Source: a plasmid
Length of the DNA: 64,000 bases
Reading direction: 5' to 3' (one strand)
Sequence record: AP025670.1
Position numbers and translations under genes: made by a program. Numbering within the stretch: position 1 is the stretch's first letter; each line of letters starts with the position of its first letter. The notes beneath the pieces were generated by a model. It saw nothing but the letters and a program-made list of their open reading frames with translations. It had not been told where the DNA came from and made no database searches. Below are positions 11,040 through 19,890 of this stretch, in pieces.

Positions 11040-12086
11040 ATGAATACTAACGCAGCAATTTCAACGAATAGCAGTCAACAAAATTCGAATATGAGCAAGG
11101 TACTTCTCAATGACCTACCCTACCCTACTCTGAAGAAAAATACTGAAGCGCACAATATCTCAACATTACGCAAAATGTCTGATGCCTTTGAGGAAAAGGT
11201 GTGTTCGCGTGGTGATATTTATCGCGTTAACGTTGAGTTACTGTACGTACAGGAAGGTTTCAATCTTCGGGAGATTGATACTGAACATGCTGGACGAATC
11301 AAGAATTCGTATGTATCAGGTGTTTATGTTCCACCTATCGTTGTGAAAGTTATAACGGTTGATAATCTGCCACGCTTACAGATTATTGATGGACACCACA
11401 GATATTGCGCTCTACGCATGGCAATGGAAGAAGGATGCACGATTAAAGGCGTATACGTCACGGAGTTCTCAGGCAGTCAGCAACTTGAGATCGTCAATAT
11501 GCTGACATCTTCAGAAGGAAAACCTTTAGCTCCGTTAGAAAAAGCTGATGGTTTCCATCGTTTACTTAGTATGGGATGGGAAAAAAAGGAAATTGCACGA
11601 TATACGAACACAAGTGTTGTTACGATCAACAGATTATTACGCTTGTTCCGAGCAGATTACAGAATCACTGATCTTGTCAGAAAGAACCTGATTACTTCAG
11701 ATTTAGCCATAGAAATACTGCTTGAGTGTGAAGAAACTAATCAAGAGGCATATGATGTGATCATTGCAGGATTGCAGAAGGCGACTGACAGCGGCAAAAA
11801 TAAAGTCACACGGAAATTTGTACCTTCAGCGAAGAAAGTACCTTTTTCAAAAAAAGAAATACATTCCGTGTTTTCACAATTAAGTGAAATCCGCACAACA
11901 ATTCACGACAAAGTTGCTGATATTCAAGAAAATGATGAAACAGTGACTGTCGAAATGCCGGTAACAATTGTGACCCTGCTTAATGATGTTCTTCAGAAGT
12001 TTGCGAATGATGAATCCGCCGCATCTAATGATGATGAGAACGAACCGAGCAAAACCGAATCCAACACTGAAGCTATTCAGGCTTAA
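11040..12086 (+). CDS. ParB-like nuclease-domain protein (IIDGHHR motif) with a C-terminal acidic tail
   Basis: ParB/Srx fold signature …LQIIDGHHRYCAL… plus an HTH-like middle region. Confidence 0.6.
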   Translation: MNTNAAISTNSSQQNSNMSKVLLNDLPYPTLKKNTEAHNISTLRKMSDAFEEKVCSRGDIYRVNVELLYVQEGFNLREIDTEHAGRIKNSYVSGVYVPPIVVKVITVDNLPRLQIIDGHHRYCALRMAMEEGCTIKGVYVTEFSGSQQLEIVNMLTSSEGKPLAPLEKADGFHRLLSMGWEKKEIARYTNTSVVTINRLLRLFRADYRITDLVRKNLITSDLAIEILLECEETNQEAYDVIIAGLQKATDSGKNKVTRKFVPSAKKVPFSKKEIHSVFSQLSEIRTTIHDKVADIQENDETVTVEMPVTIVTLLNDVLQKFANDESAASNDDENEPSKTESNTEAIQA

Positions 12087-12088
12087 CT

Positions 12089-12433
12089 ATGGAATTACTT
12101 AACAAGGTGCAACTGATCGCACGATTAGGTTCGTCCCCGAAAGATAATCTGAAGTATTCAGAACGTAACGGTGAGGCAATGACCTACTTCTCTGTTGCAA
12201 TTAACCGGCATGACTCGAAAGGAAACCCGATAACAGATTGGTTTAACATTAGTGCATACGGAAAAATAGCAGAAATAGCAGCTAATTTTGGTCAGAAAGG
12301 ACAACTTGTTTACATCGAAGCAAGGCTACAACCGACTAATAATTCCTGTTCTATAATAATGAATTACCAGACAGGTGTGTTTAGAGTATTACCTAATAGT
12401 AAAAATACAAATGCAGGAGAGCAGAATGGCTAA
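12089..12433 (+). CDS. ssb: SSB-like OB-fold protein, short (114 aa) and lacking the usual acidic C-terminal tail. It may be decayed
   Basis: N-terminus MELLNKVQLIARLGSSPK…W…GKIAEIAANFGQKGQLVYIEARLQ resembles SSB. The C-terminus diverges and is overlapped by the next ORF. Confidence 0.5.
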   Translation: MELLNKVQLIARLGSSPKDNLKYSERNGEAMTYFSVAINRHDSKGNPITDWFNISAYGKIAEIAANFGQKGQLVYIEARLQPTNNSCSIIMNYQTGVFRVLPNSKNTNAGEQNG

Positions 12434-12848
12434 GGCAGACCAAATTTCAAATTGTAACGTTCAAAATCCTAATTATGTGATGGCAGAAATGAAACGAGAT
12501 CAAACAGTTCTAAACTATGCCCTATTTAAAGCGCGTGAGAAGCTACACGAGCTCAAACACCTAATGAATACGTCACAGTGCAGTGAAAGTGAAATTTTGC
12601 GCTATAACGGGGTTTTGGAGATGCTGGATAGCATATTTTCATCAGATGAAAAGGAACGTCAGAACTTATATCACTCTATGATCATGTCTGGTGTACAAAT
12701 CATGTCCGGTAAGTTAAGTGGTGAGAATAGACAAGCCGTATTAGAAGCAACGACACCAGATCAGTTGGATGAGGTTTTAAAAGCCTCGGAAAATGAGGTA
12801 TGGACTGAGTTGCAACTGCTATGTGAACAGCAGAACAACCTAAACTAA
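12427..12848 (+). CDS. hypothetical protein (about 140 aa)
   Basis: AGGAGAG RBS before the ATG at 12427 (the listed ORF starts earlier at 12375). Confidence 0.4.
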
Positions 12849-12857
12849 GAATCCAAA

Positions 12858-13250
12858 ATGAAACTGACAATATCCTTGCCTTTCATTCTGATAACTACGC
12901 TGATCTCAGTGCCAGCGTTGGGTAATAGTTATTCTGCAATGGAAGGGATTGAAGGACAGCGATATTCTGATTTAGAGAAATACAAAGCCAACTGTCCAGC
13001 TTGTATGAGTGTTGTACAAAACATTAAAGATATCCGCTATCGGGCATGTGCACAATCAGTCACGGCAGATGATGTGATAATTAGGGACCCATTATATGGC
13101 TATTTGAATAGTTTGAAATTCATGTTGAATGATGATGCTTATAAACAGGTATTGACAATCATTGGTCATGAGAAGGATTGTTCTAATAGTATGAATTGGC
13201 TAGAAAAGGCTAATTCAAAGATCGAGCCACAGCTAAACAAGACATATTGA
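12858..13250 (+). CDS. secreted hypothetical protein (signal peptide, 130 aa)
   Basis: N-terminal signal-like hydrophobic segment. Confidence 0.4.
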   Translation: MKLTISLPFILITTLISVPALGNSYSAMEGIEGQRYSDLEKYKANCPACMSVVQNIKDIRYRACAQSVTADDVIIRDPLYGYLNSLKFMLNDDAYKQVLTIIGHEKDCSNSMNWLEKANSKIEPQLNKTY

Positions 13251-13404
13251 CGGCTATGTGCTGCGCTTTGTACCTCTATTTTTCTGCCCTGCCAAAATGA
13301 CAGCCAAAAAAAAACGCCACAATGTGGCGTTATAACCCTAGTGTTGGTACTTATTATAATCATATAACGTATGGCAAAACTAATTATACACATAAACACC
13401 CATG

Positions 13405-13475
13405 TGTATATGTGTTAATGTGTATTTGTGTGTGATTCGTCACATATACACATATGTGTTAATGTGTGTACGCAC
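13405..13475. repeat. Iteron cluster 1: copies of TGTGTTAATGTGT
   Basis: Motif TGTGTTAATGTGT at 13411 and about 13456, with related TGTGTATATGTGT. Confidence 0.6.
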
Positions 13476-13591
13476 ATATAAAAATATTTTAGGCTTTATA
13501 GGTAATCAATCTAAAATCTAAGTGAAGAATTAAATCACAGGTACAATAATAAAAAGCAAAAACACTACCAGTTAAAGTAGAGGACCGGAGC

Positions 13592-13960
13592 ATGTTTGTT
13601 TTTAATGAAGAAACGTTCCAACGGAACCCCAGTAATCCATGTCCAGATAATGAATTCAATAGTGACGTGATTGATTTTATAAAGGAAATAAGAAAGTTTT
13701 ATCCTGAGTTAGAACATTGGAGCAATACCGGTGTACTGTTTGCTTGGGAAGGATATCTGCAAGATGTATACGCGGTCGGTTGGACTGAATTGGTACGCAA
13801 GAGAGAGAACGGCTTTCTCGCATACTGCTACATATCGCAGTTACGACCATGCTTTGATTTTGGTGGAACAGGGACATACAACACTGAAGTTTGGGATCTT
13901 GGAGAGCAAGAGCCGTGGAAAAAACAACTATTGCCAAAACTACCAGATTGGCTCGAATAA
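13592..13960 (+). CDS. hypothetical protein (122 aa)
   Basis: ORF only. Confidence 0.35.
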   Translation: MFVFNEETFQRNPSNPCPDNEFNSDVIDFIKEIRKFYPELEHWSNTGVLFAWEGYLQDVYAVGWTELVRKRENGFLAYCYISQLRPCFDFGGTGTYNTEVWDLGEQEPWKKQLLPKLPDWLE

Positions 13961-14057
13961 TTGAGCATGAGGCACTTTTGTTTTGAATGTTACCTAGTGA
14001 AATTGAGATAAAAGTACAATAAAAAGGGATGAAATATCATCCCTATAAAACCACTAC

Positions 14058-14285
14058 CTATTCATTTTCCTTTAGCCACTGATGAACATAATCTGATATT
14101 ACATCTTTCATTGTGGTGTTTCGTTTGACACATGCAGCTTTGAATCGAATTTGAGTATCTTCGTCAAGATCTACATTAATGCGTTTGGTTTTTGTACTTT
14201 TATCAAGAATTTTATCTAAGTCTCTGTTTTCACCGAATTTCATTTTCTGTGAATTTGCTGATTCGTTAACTTTTTTAAGTGCCAT
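14058..14285 (-). CDS. ParG-like ribbon-helix-helix centromere-binding protein (75 aa)
   Basis: Small basic protein directly downstream of the ParA gene; RHH-like C-terminal half. Confidence 0.5.
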   Translation of the reverse strand: MALKKVNESANSQKMKFGENRDLDKILDKSTKTKRINVDLDEDTQIRFKAACVKRNTTMKDVISDYVHQWLKENE

Positions 14286-14299
14286 AAAGTATCTCTTTT

Positions 14300-14385
14300 A
14301 ATTTCAAAACACATATGCGCTTATGTGTTTTAGCGCACACGTGTAGATACACGTTCGTGTTAATGTGTTAATGTGTGAATACACA
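14300..14385. repeat. Iteron cluster 2 (GTGTTAATGTGTTAATGTGTG) between the ParG and ParA genes
   Basis: Overlapping tandem copies of the same 13-mer. Confidence 0.6.
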
Positions 14386-15009
14386 TTATGACTCAAAAAT
14401 AGTCAAAATTTCTCTGGTTAGTATTTCTATCTCGCCTTTTGCATTTCCATCATTAGTTTCAAAAATACTCTTACCATCTAGAATAGATTTGATATAGCTC
14501 TGCCGTTGAGAAATAGCTGTTTTGAAAGAAGGCAAGCCAGTATCTTTGAGGTTGTCTTTTAATACTTGCAACATAGTTGTTTGGTCAATTTTACGAGTAA
14601 TCAGAAATCTAGCTTCTACTTTACGGCTGTATGCTTGAGCTTCGAGGACCGATGTAACACTACCGGCTGCGGAAAAATCAAGAGGGCTTGGCGAGACTGG
14701 AATTATAACTAGATCACTAACCATAACTGCTGCTGATGTAATGACAGAAAGTGAACCAGCTCCATCTACAATGACAAAATCATAATCACTTAGATCTTTA
14801 CGGATGCTATAAACGTCTTTCTCACTGGCGGCGGTGAAAACATCATAATCACAGTTCCCTTCTTTAGACCAGTTAGATAGGCTCATTTGAGGATCTGTAT
14901 CTACAACTGCTAATAAATAACCTGCTTTCTGCATAGCAGTAGCAACATTTATGACGGTGGTTGTTTTTCCAGAGCCGCCTTTCGGATTTAAAAAAGAAAT
15001 TACTTTCAC
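14386..15009 (-). CDS. parA: small ParA/ParF-type (type Ib) partition ATPase, 207 aa
   Basis: Deviant Walker A KGGSGKTT, and DTDPQ / VIVDGAG motifs. Confidence 0.8.
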   Translation of the reverse strand: MKVISFLNPKGGSGKTTTVINVATAMQKAGYLLAVVDTDPQMSLSNWSKEGNCDYDVFTAASEKDVYSIRKDLSDYDFVIVDGAGSLSVITSAAVMVSDLVIIPVSPSPLDFSAAGSVTSVLEAQAYSRKVEARFLITRKIDQTTMLQVLKDNLKDTGLPSFKTAISQRQSYIKSILDGKSIFETNDGNAKGEIEILTREILTIFES

Positions 15010-15054
15010 TGGAAAACCTCATATGTTTGTTTGTGTTTTTTTCATTATCTAAGG

Positions 15055-15235
15055 AAGCCAAAAAATAATCAATGTGTATTTGTGTTAATGTGTATTTAAG
15101 CAAAAACACATTAAATTATAAGAAAAACATACCTGACCTGTGAAATCAGTTAGTTACACACGCGATAATGTGTTTATGTGTTTATGTGTTTAGTCACATT
15201 AACACAATCAACAATGTTGATACATTTAAATTAGA
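15055..15235. repeat. Iteron cluster 3 upstream of parA (AATGTGTATTTGTGTTAATGTGT, AATGTGTTTATGTGTTTATGTGTTT, and the inverted copy CACATTAACACAAT)
   Basis: Same motif in both orientations; candidate centromere and promoter-operator of the par operon. Confidence 0.6.
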
Positions 15236-15278
15236 GTGCTACTATTAAAACTCGGACGTTGAATTGTAGAGGTGATAA

Positions 15279-15524
15279 ATGGCTCAGGTCACAGTAAAAA
15301 AATGGGGCAATAGCCCGTCTGTACGGCTTCCTGTTGCAATCATGCAAAAAGCGGCACTTAGCGTTGATGATACGGTTGAAATAGCGGTAGAAGAAGGTCG
15401 TATCATCATTACGCCAGTTAAAGCAGTAGAATACTCATTAGAAAATTTGTTAGCCGGTATCACGCCGGAGAATATTCATGAGAAAGTAGACTTCGGAGCT
15501 CGAACAGGTAAGGAATTAATTTAA
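15279..15524 (+). CDS. mazE: MazE/PemI-family antitoxin
   Basis: MAQVTVKKWGNSPSVRLP… SpoVT/AbrB swapped-hairpin N-terminus; 1-bp overlap with the toxin gene. Confidence 0.8.
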   Translation: MAQVTVKKWGNSPSVRLPVAIMQKAALSVDDTVEIAVEEGRIIITPVKAVEYSLENLLAGITPENIHEKVDFGARTGKELI

Positions 15525-15856
15525 TGGTATCTCGATACGTTCCTGATTCTGGCGATTTGATTTGGATTGACTTTGATCCAGTTGAAGGACATGAGCAGGG
15601 CGGTCATCGTCCAGCAGTTGTCCTCAGCCCATTTGCATACAATAATAAAGTAGGGCTCTTATTATGCGTACCATGTACAACTAAGGGCAAAGGCTATCCA
15701 TTTGAATGCGAACTCTCGAACGAAAGAGACAGCTACGCATTAGCGGATCAAGTTACATGTGTTGACTGGAGAGCTCGTAAGGTTACTAAAAAGGGCAAAG
15801 TGGAGGCATCAGAACTGGCAGAGATAAAAGCTAAAGCAAAGGCGTTAATAGGTTAG
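15524..15856 (+). CDS. mazF: MazF/PemK-family endoribonuclease toxin
   Basis: MVSRYVPDSGDLIWIDFDP…GHRPAVVLSP…LLCVPCTT…WRARKVTKKG closely parallels E. coli MazF. Confidence 0.85.
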   Translation: MVSRYVPDSGDLIWIDFDPVEGHEQGGHRPAVVLSPFAYNNKVGLLLCVPCTTKGKGYPFECELSNERDSYALADQVTCVDWRARKVTKKGKVEASELAEIKAKAKALIG

Positions 15857-15886
15857 ATATAATAATTATAAGGGTTATGGGATAGA

Positions 15887-16267
15887 ATGGAAAATGAAAC
15901 ACTACACACAGCAACAGGTAATCAAACTCCTTTAGATAATGCTATATCATCATTAAGCTCTATTTTAGATGTTATTTTCACAGTAAATGATTATGTTTTG
16001 TTTTTTATAATTTTAATAATGATTTTCGCTAAATCGAAATCAAGACTATTCAAATTGGCATTTGGTTATTCTGGTATATCAGTTGTATTTTTACTCTCTA
16101 GCTATTTTATCAGGGATGATTTACTGTTTGATATTAATAATACACCGCGATTCGGATTATTAATGATCAATATAGGCATGATTACAACAGCATTATATTT
16201 AATATACTGGCTTATCTATCTATTCAACGAAAGTGGTATGATTGATAGCAAAAAGAGTGAACCATAG
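15887..16267 (+). CDS. small integral membrane protein (126 aa)
   Basis: Three hydrophobic helices. Confidence 0.4.
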   Translation: MENETLHTATGNQTPLDNAISSLSSILDVIFTVNDYVLFFIILIMIFAKSKSRLFKLAFGYSGISVVFLLSSYFIRDDLLFDINNTPRFGLLMINIGMITTALYLIYWLIYLFNESGMIDSKKSEP

Positions 16268-16324
16268 CTAACCGAAAAAGGGTGCTTGTATCACCAATCC
16301 TTCGTAATCTATAAAAGAGAAAAT

Positions 16325-16342
16325 GTGGGGGTTTCCCCCCAC
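16325..16342 (-). terminator. Perfect palindrome GTGGGGG-TTT-CCCCCAC followed by a T-rich run on the minus strand (terminator of the hok-like gene)
   Basis: Seen directly 3' of the hok-like stop. Confidence 0.6.
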
Positions 16343-16352
16343 AAGAGCAACA

Positions 16353-16496
16353 TTACTTATCACAAGATAGCGTAGCTTGAACCACTGTGCCTCCGCTTGT
16401 GAAATTTAGTGAACATAAGCGATCACGCATTAACAATGAGAAGCACAGAACTGTGATGCACACAGCAATCAGCCCAATCAGGGCAAATTTGCTCAT
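16353..16496 (-). CDS. Hok/Gef-family type I toxin (47 aa: MSKFALIGLIAVCITVLCFSLLMRDRLCSLNFTSGGTVVQATLSCDK), absent from the ORF table
   Basis: Manual minus-strand translation. It has a single TM helix, the …ICIT… core, the R-x-x-LC motif and a polar tail, as in Hok/Gef/HokB. A GTGGGGGTTTCCCCCCAC hairpin follows the stop. Confidence 0.65.
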   Translation of the reverse strand: MSKFALIGLIAVCITVLCFSLLMRDRLCSLNFTSGGTVVQATLSCDK

Positions 16497-16860
16497 TTCT
16501 CTTGACTCCTTGAGTAAAAGGAGACAGAATCAAATTGCGAAGTTTGTAGACTGCCTCGAATTAAGGGTTATACCTGATTCGGGGCTTTCGTCTTTTTGGC
16601 TCGTATCAATGCTCGAACCAAAATGATTCAAGCACCCAAAACGATATTAGCAGATTATTATTAATTGCAATACTATTTATTATTAATAATATTTGTTTGT
16701 TTTTATGATATTTCTTTAAGTATTTTAATATAAATGGCTCATACTAACTTGAATTGAATAATATCAATTATATATTTAAATATTCTATGAAATCACCATA
16801 TATTAGTGGTGGGTATAATTTTATTTACACCCACATGTTATTAATACCTTTCAATAAACC

Positions 16861-17691
16861 TTAATAGCTACCTTTGTAGCAAGTAGAGATGAATTGTAAT
16901 TCTCCGTTATTAGATATTTTTGAGTGTAGCACATCAATGCTATATTTAATCATAAAATCTGAAATCTCTTTTGTACAAAAGCTATTCTTCCATTTAGATA
17001 TTCTTGATATGTTTTGTTCAAAAGCAAACGCATCAACATCTGCATTTTTAAGAGAGAGTAACTTTTTATCTGTGGTATCAAAATTTAGCATATAAGTATT
17101 AACCGGACTAGACATCGTTTGTGTAACACCAATATATTTAACATCCCACGCATTAGTTTTATTGAATGAATTGGTTATGTACTCATCTAGCCAGATGTTT
17201 ATCTTATCCATTTCATCCTTAGATGTTTCCTTCTTGTCAATAAAATCATTTCTACTAAATATATATGTTTTTAAGGTTTCTCCGTTAACAACATCTCTTA
17301 TAGTTAGCACATTGTTTGCCGTAGAGAAAAATATCTGTGGTTCAGACAGATCAGCACCATACCAACGAGCATTGGGTAAGTTTTCGTCAAAGAAACTTAG
17401 TCTGTTTGTTGACTCTTTTCTACACAGATATGAAAAGAGTTTACCATCTTGGCTTCTTATGTATCTAATTCTACTGATATTATTTGAAATTTCCGTCGAT
17501 TGCATTATATCTATATCACGATCATATATGGTAGATAATCCTGCTTTACAAATTTCTGATAGTGAAAATGACATTTGACTTTCAGCGGAAATCGCATTTT
17601 GGATATGTGTGATACTCAATGATAAGACTGCAAATAAAATTAATTTATTGGCTTTCACATTTTTTCCTTTATTTTTACTATAAATTAGCAC
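16861..17691 (-). CDS. secreted hypothetical protein (signal peptide, 276 aa)
   Basis: N-terminal signal-like segment KLILFAVLSLSITHIQNA. Confidence 0.4.
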   Translation of the reverse strand: MLIYSKNKGKNVKANKLILFAVLSLSITHIQNAISAESQMSFSLSEICKAGLSTIYDRDIDIMQSTEISNNISRIRYIRSQDGKLFSYLCRKESTNRLSFFDENLPNARWYGADLSEPQIFFSTANNVLTIRDVVNGETLKTYIFSRNDFIDKKETSKDEMDKINIWLDEYITNSFNKTNAWDVKYIGVTQTMSSPVNTYMLNFDTTDKKLLSLKNADVDAFAFEQNISRISKWKNSFCTKEISDFMIKYSIDVLHSKISNNGELQFISTCYKGSY

Positions 17692-18060
17692 TTATAGAAT
17701 TATAAAAATTTATAATTATAGCTACATGGTAGCTATTCAATTGATTCTGATATTACCAAAAAAAGGAAATCACTAATCAGTGTATTAAACCTACTTTCTA
17801 CCCACAAATTCATAATACAAGTTACATTATGGATTTTAATCATCAATAATGTGCAATATATCACCGAGTATTGTTATATTTGCAATAATATCTATGTTTT
17901 AACTTTTGGATGATAAATCCTTGTGTTACTCTTTACTCGGTTAAATATACGTTTAATGTAGTAACTTTTTTTATTTTATGATTTATGGTTAATGATGCTA
18001 TTTGATGCACCAGAATTCACCACAATTTTCACACCAATTTTCAGCACCAAGGAGGCACTG

Positions 18061-19017
18061 ATGGGAGAGTTAATTTTACGTGACACCGTAACAGATATTG
18101 TTGATGTAAATAACATGACGAAAAACACCAACAATCCAGCAACCAGCTACTTGCTACGGCTCCGTTCCAAACAAAGTCAAAAGACAATGCGATCCTGTCT
18201 AGTGTCAGTGGTGAAATTGTTTCGTGCTATGGACCCGTTTACTTTCGATTGGTCAATCATGGATCGAGATGCCGTTCAATTGGTACTTCAGAAATTAATA
18301 CTGGAGAAAAAGACCCCAAATAGTATCAACTTGATATTGAGTGCCATTAAAGGGGTGGCTGAAGAAGCCAGAGCATCACGAGTCATAGATAGTGATACAT
18401 ATCAGGATATTAGAAGCATACGCCGGATTCGTGGGAACCGTATTGGTCGAGGGCGTTCACTGAGTAGTAGTGAAATAACGCACATTTATCAGCATCTTGA
18501 TAGCATAAATACCGCAGTCTCGGTACGTGATGCAGCGATTGTATCATTAATGCTTGGCTGTGGTTTGCGCCGTGCTGAAGTCACTTTGTTGGATATGGAA
18601 GATATCAATTTTGATAATTACTCCATTAAAATCATGGGTAAAGGAAACAAAGAAAGAACTAACTTCATGCCAAGTGACACGCTCCGTCGTATTCGCTTAT
18701 GGATAGAAACTGTAAGAGGGGATCATACCGGTGCAGTTTTTACCCGCATACGTAAAAATGATGATGTAACTTGCGATAGAATAACAACCGATGGTTTACG
18801 GTATATTATTGATAAATTGGTGAAAGATTCAGACTCAGATTCATTTACACCGCATGATTGCCGACGAACCTATGCCACTAAGTTGTTAGAACTAGGTGAG
18901 GACCTACTTACTGTCAGAGAAGCTATGGGACACAGTAGTGTCGCTACTACACAGCGATATGATAAACGAGGTGTAACACGCTTAGAGGCTGCTGCACGTA
19001 ATCTGCAATATTATTAG
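18061..19017 (+). CDS. tyrosine site-specific recombinase/integrase (XerC/D-like fold)
   Basis: Catalytic signature …HDCRRTYAT… and …GHSSVATTQRYD…; AAGGAGG RBS before the ATG at 18061 (the ORF is listed from 17992). Confidence 0.8.
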   Translation: MGELILRDTVTDIVDVNNMTKNTNNPATSYLLRLRSKQSQKTMRSCLVSVVKLFRAMDPFTFDWSIMDRDAVQLVLQKLILEKKTPNSINLILSAIKGVAEEARASRVIDSDTYQDIRSIRRIRGNRIGRGRSLSSSEITHIYQHLDSINTAVSVRDAAIVSLMLGCGLRRAEVTLLDMEDINFDNYSIKIMGKGNKERTNFMPSDTLRRIRLWIETVRGDHTGAVFTRIRKNDDVTCDRITTDGLRYIIDKLVKDSDSDSFTPHDCRRTYATKLLELGEDLLTVREAMGHSSVATTQRYDKRGVTRLEAAARNLQYY

Positions 19018-19030
19018 AGATATAACACAA

Positions 19031-19870
19031 ATGAGATCACAATCGCATTTTGTAGAAACTGAAGCTATAAAGATAGTCCACAATCAGATACCCAGTAAAA
19101 ATTGGGTGTTACGTTCCATTGGTGAAAGAGATTACGGCTCAGATTTCATGATTGAGCTTTTTGATAATAAAGAATCAACTGGTGATTGTTTTTTTGTACA
19201 ATCCAAAGGCACTGAAAAAACATTTACAGAAGATGTAAAAATCAGCTTTCCTGTTAACACTATAAAATATGCAATGCTATTTAACGTACCATTTTTTTTG
19301 TTTTATACGTCTATCACTTCAAAGCAAACAAAATTTATTTGGTTACAAAAATATACTAACTTAGTGCTTAATGAAAAAAATTGGGAAGATAAAAAGTCAA
19401 TAACAATCTATTTTCCAGAAGAAAATGACCTCTCTAAAAATAGAGAAAAAATAATCAAATTACTTGCAAATAGCCGTGCAGTTAATGATTTTATATCATT
19501 TAAGCATACAATCGAAAATTTGAAATTTTGGGGTGAAATGGTCATATATAACAATGATTATTATCATGGCAGTAAATGCATAGAATTATGTCACAAAATC
19601 AATGACATGAAAAATGTAATTTTATATGCATCTGAACTATATGTTGATGATAGTTGCCCTTTTGAAATGAGAACTCAGTATCAGAAACTTAGAATTAATA
19701 AAATGATTTCCACATTTAATAAATTCATTAAATATAAAAAAACAACAAATAAAAAGATTAACTTTATTAAAAAACAATTTGAAATATTAGATTGCATTTG
19801 TAATGACATTATTTCTTCATCAGAATTAGAAAGATGGGGTTATGAGTCTGAAGCCTTAATTCCATTTTAA
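19031..19870 (+). CDS. DUF4365-like / PD-(D/E)xK nuclease-fold N-terminal domain protein (279 aa)
   Basis: …ETEAIKIV…NWVLRSIGERDYGSDFMIELF…GDCFFVQSKG… fits the D…D-x-(E)…(Q/E)xK restriction-endonuclease-like signature. Starts 14 bp after the integrase gene. Confidence 0.5.
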   Translation: MRSQSHFVETEAIKIVHNQIPSKNWVLRSIGERDYGSDFMIELFDNKESTGDCFFVQSKGTEKTFTEDVKISFPVNTIKYAMLFNVPFFLFYTSITSKQTKFIWLQKYTNLVLNEKNWEDKKSITIYFPEENDLSKNREKIIKLLANSRAVNDFISFKHTIENLKFWGEMVIYNNDYYHGSKCIELCHKINDMKNVILYASELYVDDSCPFEMRTQYQKLRINKMISTFNKFIKYKKTTNKKINFIKKQFEILDCICNDIISSSELERWGYESEALIPF

Positions 19871-19890
19871 TTTATTTTGAGATAATTATA

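Noticed and set aside
13400-15240. CRISPR array
   Set aside because: The repeats are 13-bp iterons with irregular spacing and both orientations, adjacent to parA. They are not 28-37-bp repeats with unique spacers
16387-16626. 79-aa plus-strand ORF in the ORF table
   Set aside because: It lies antisense to a much better supported Hok/Gef-type toxin gene with its own terminator. It has no RBS or recognisable domains
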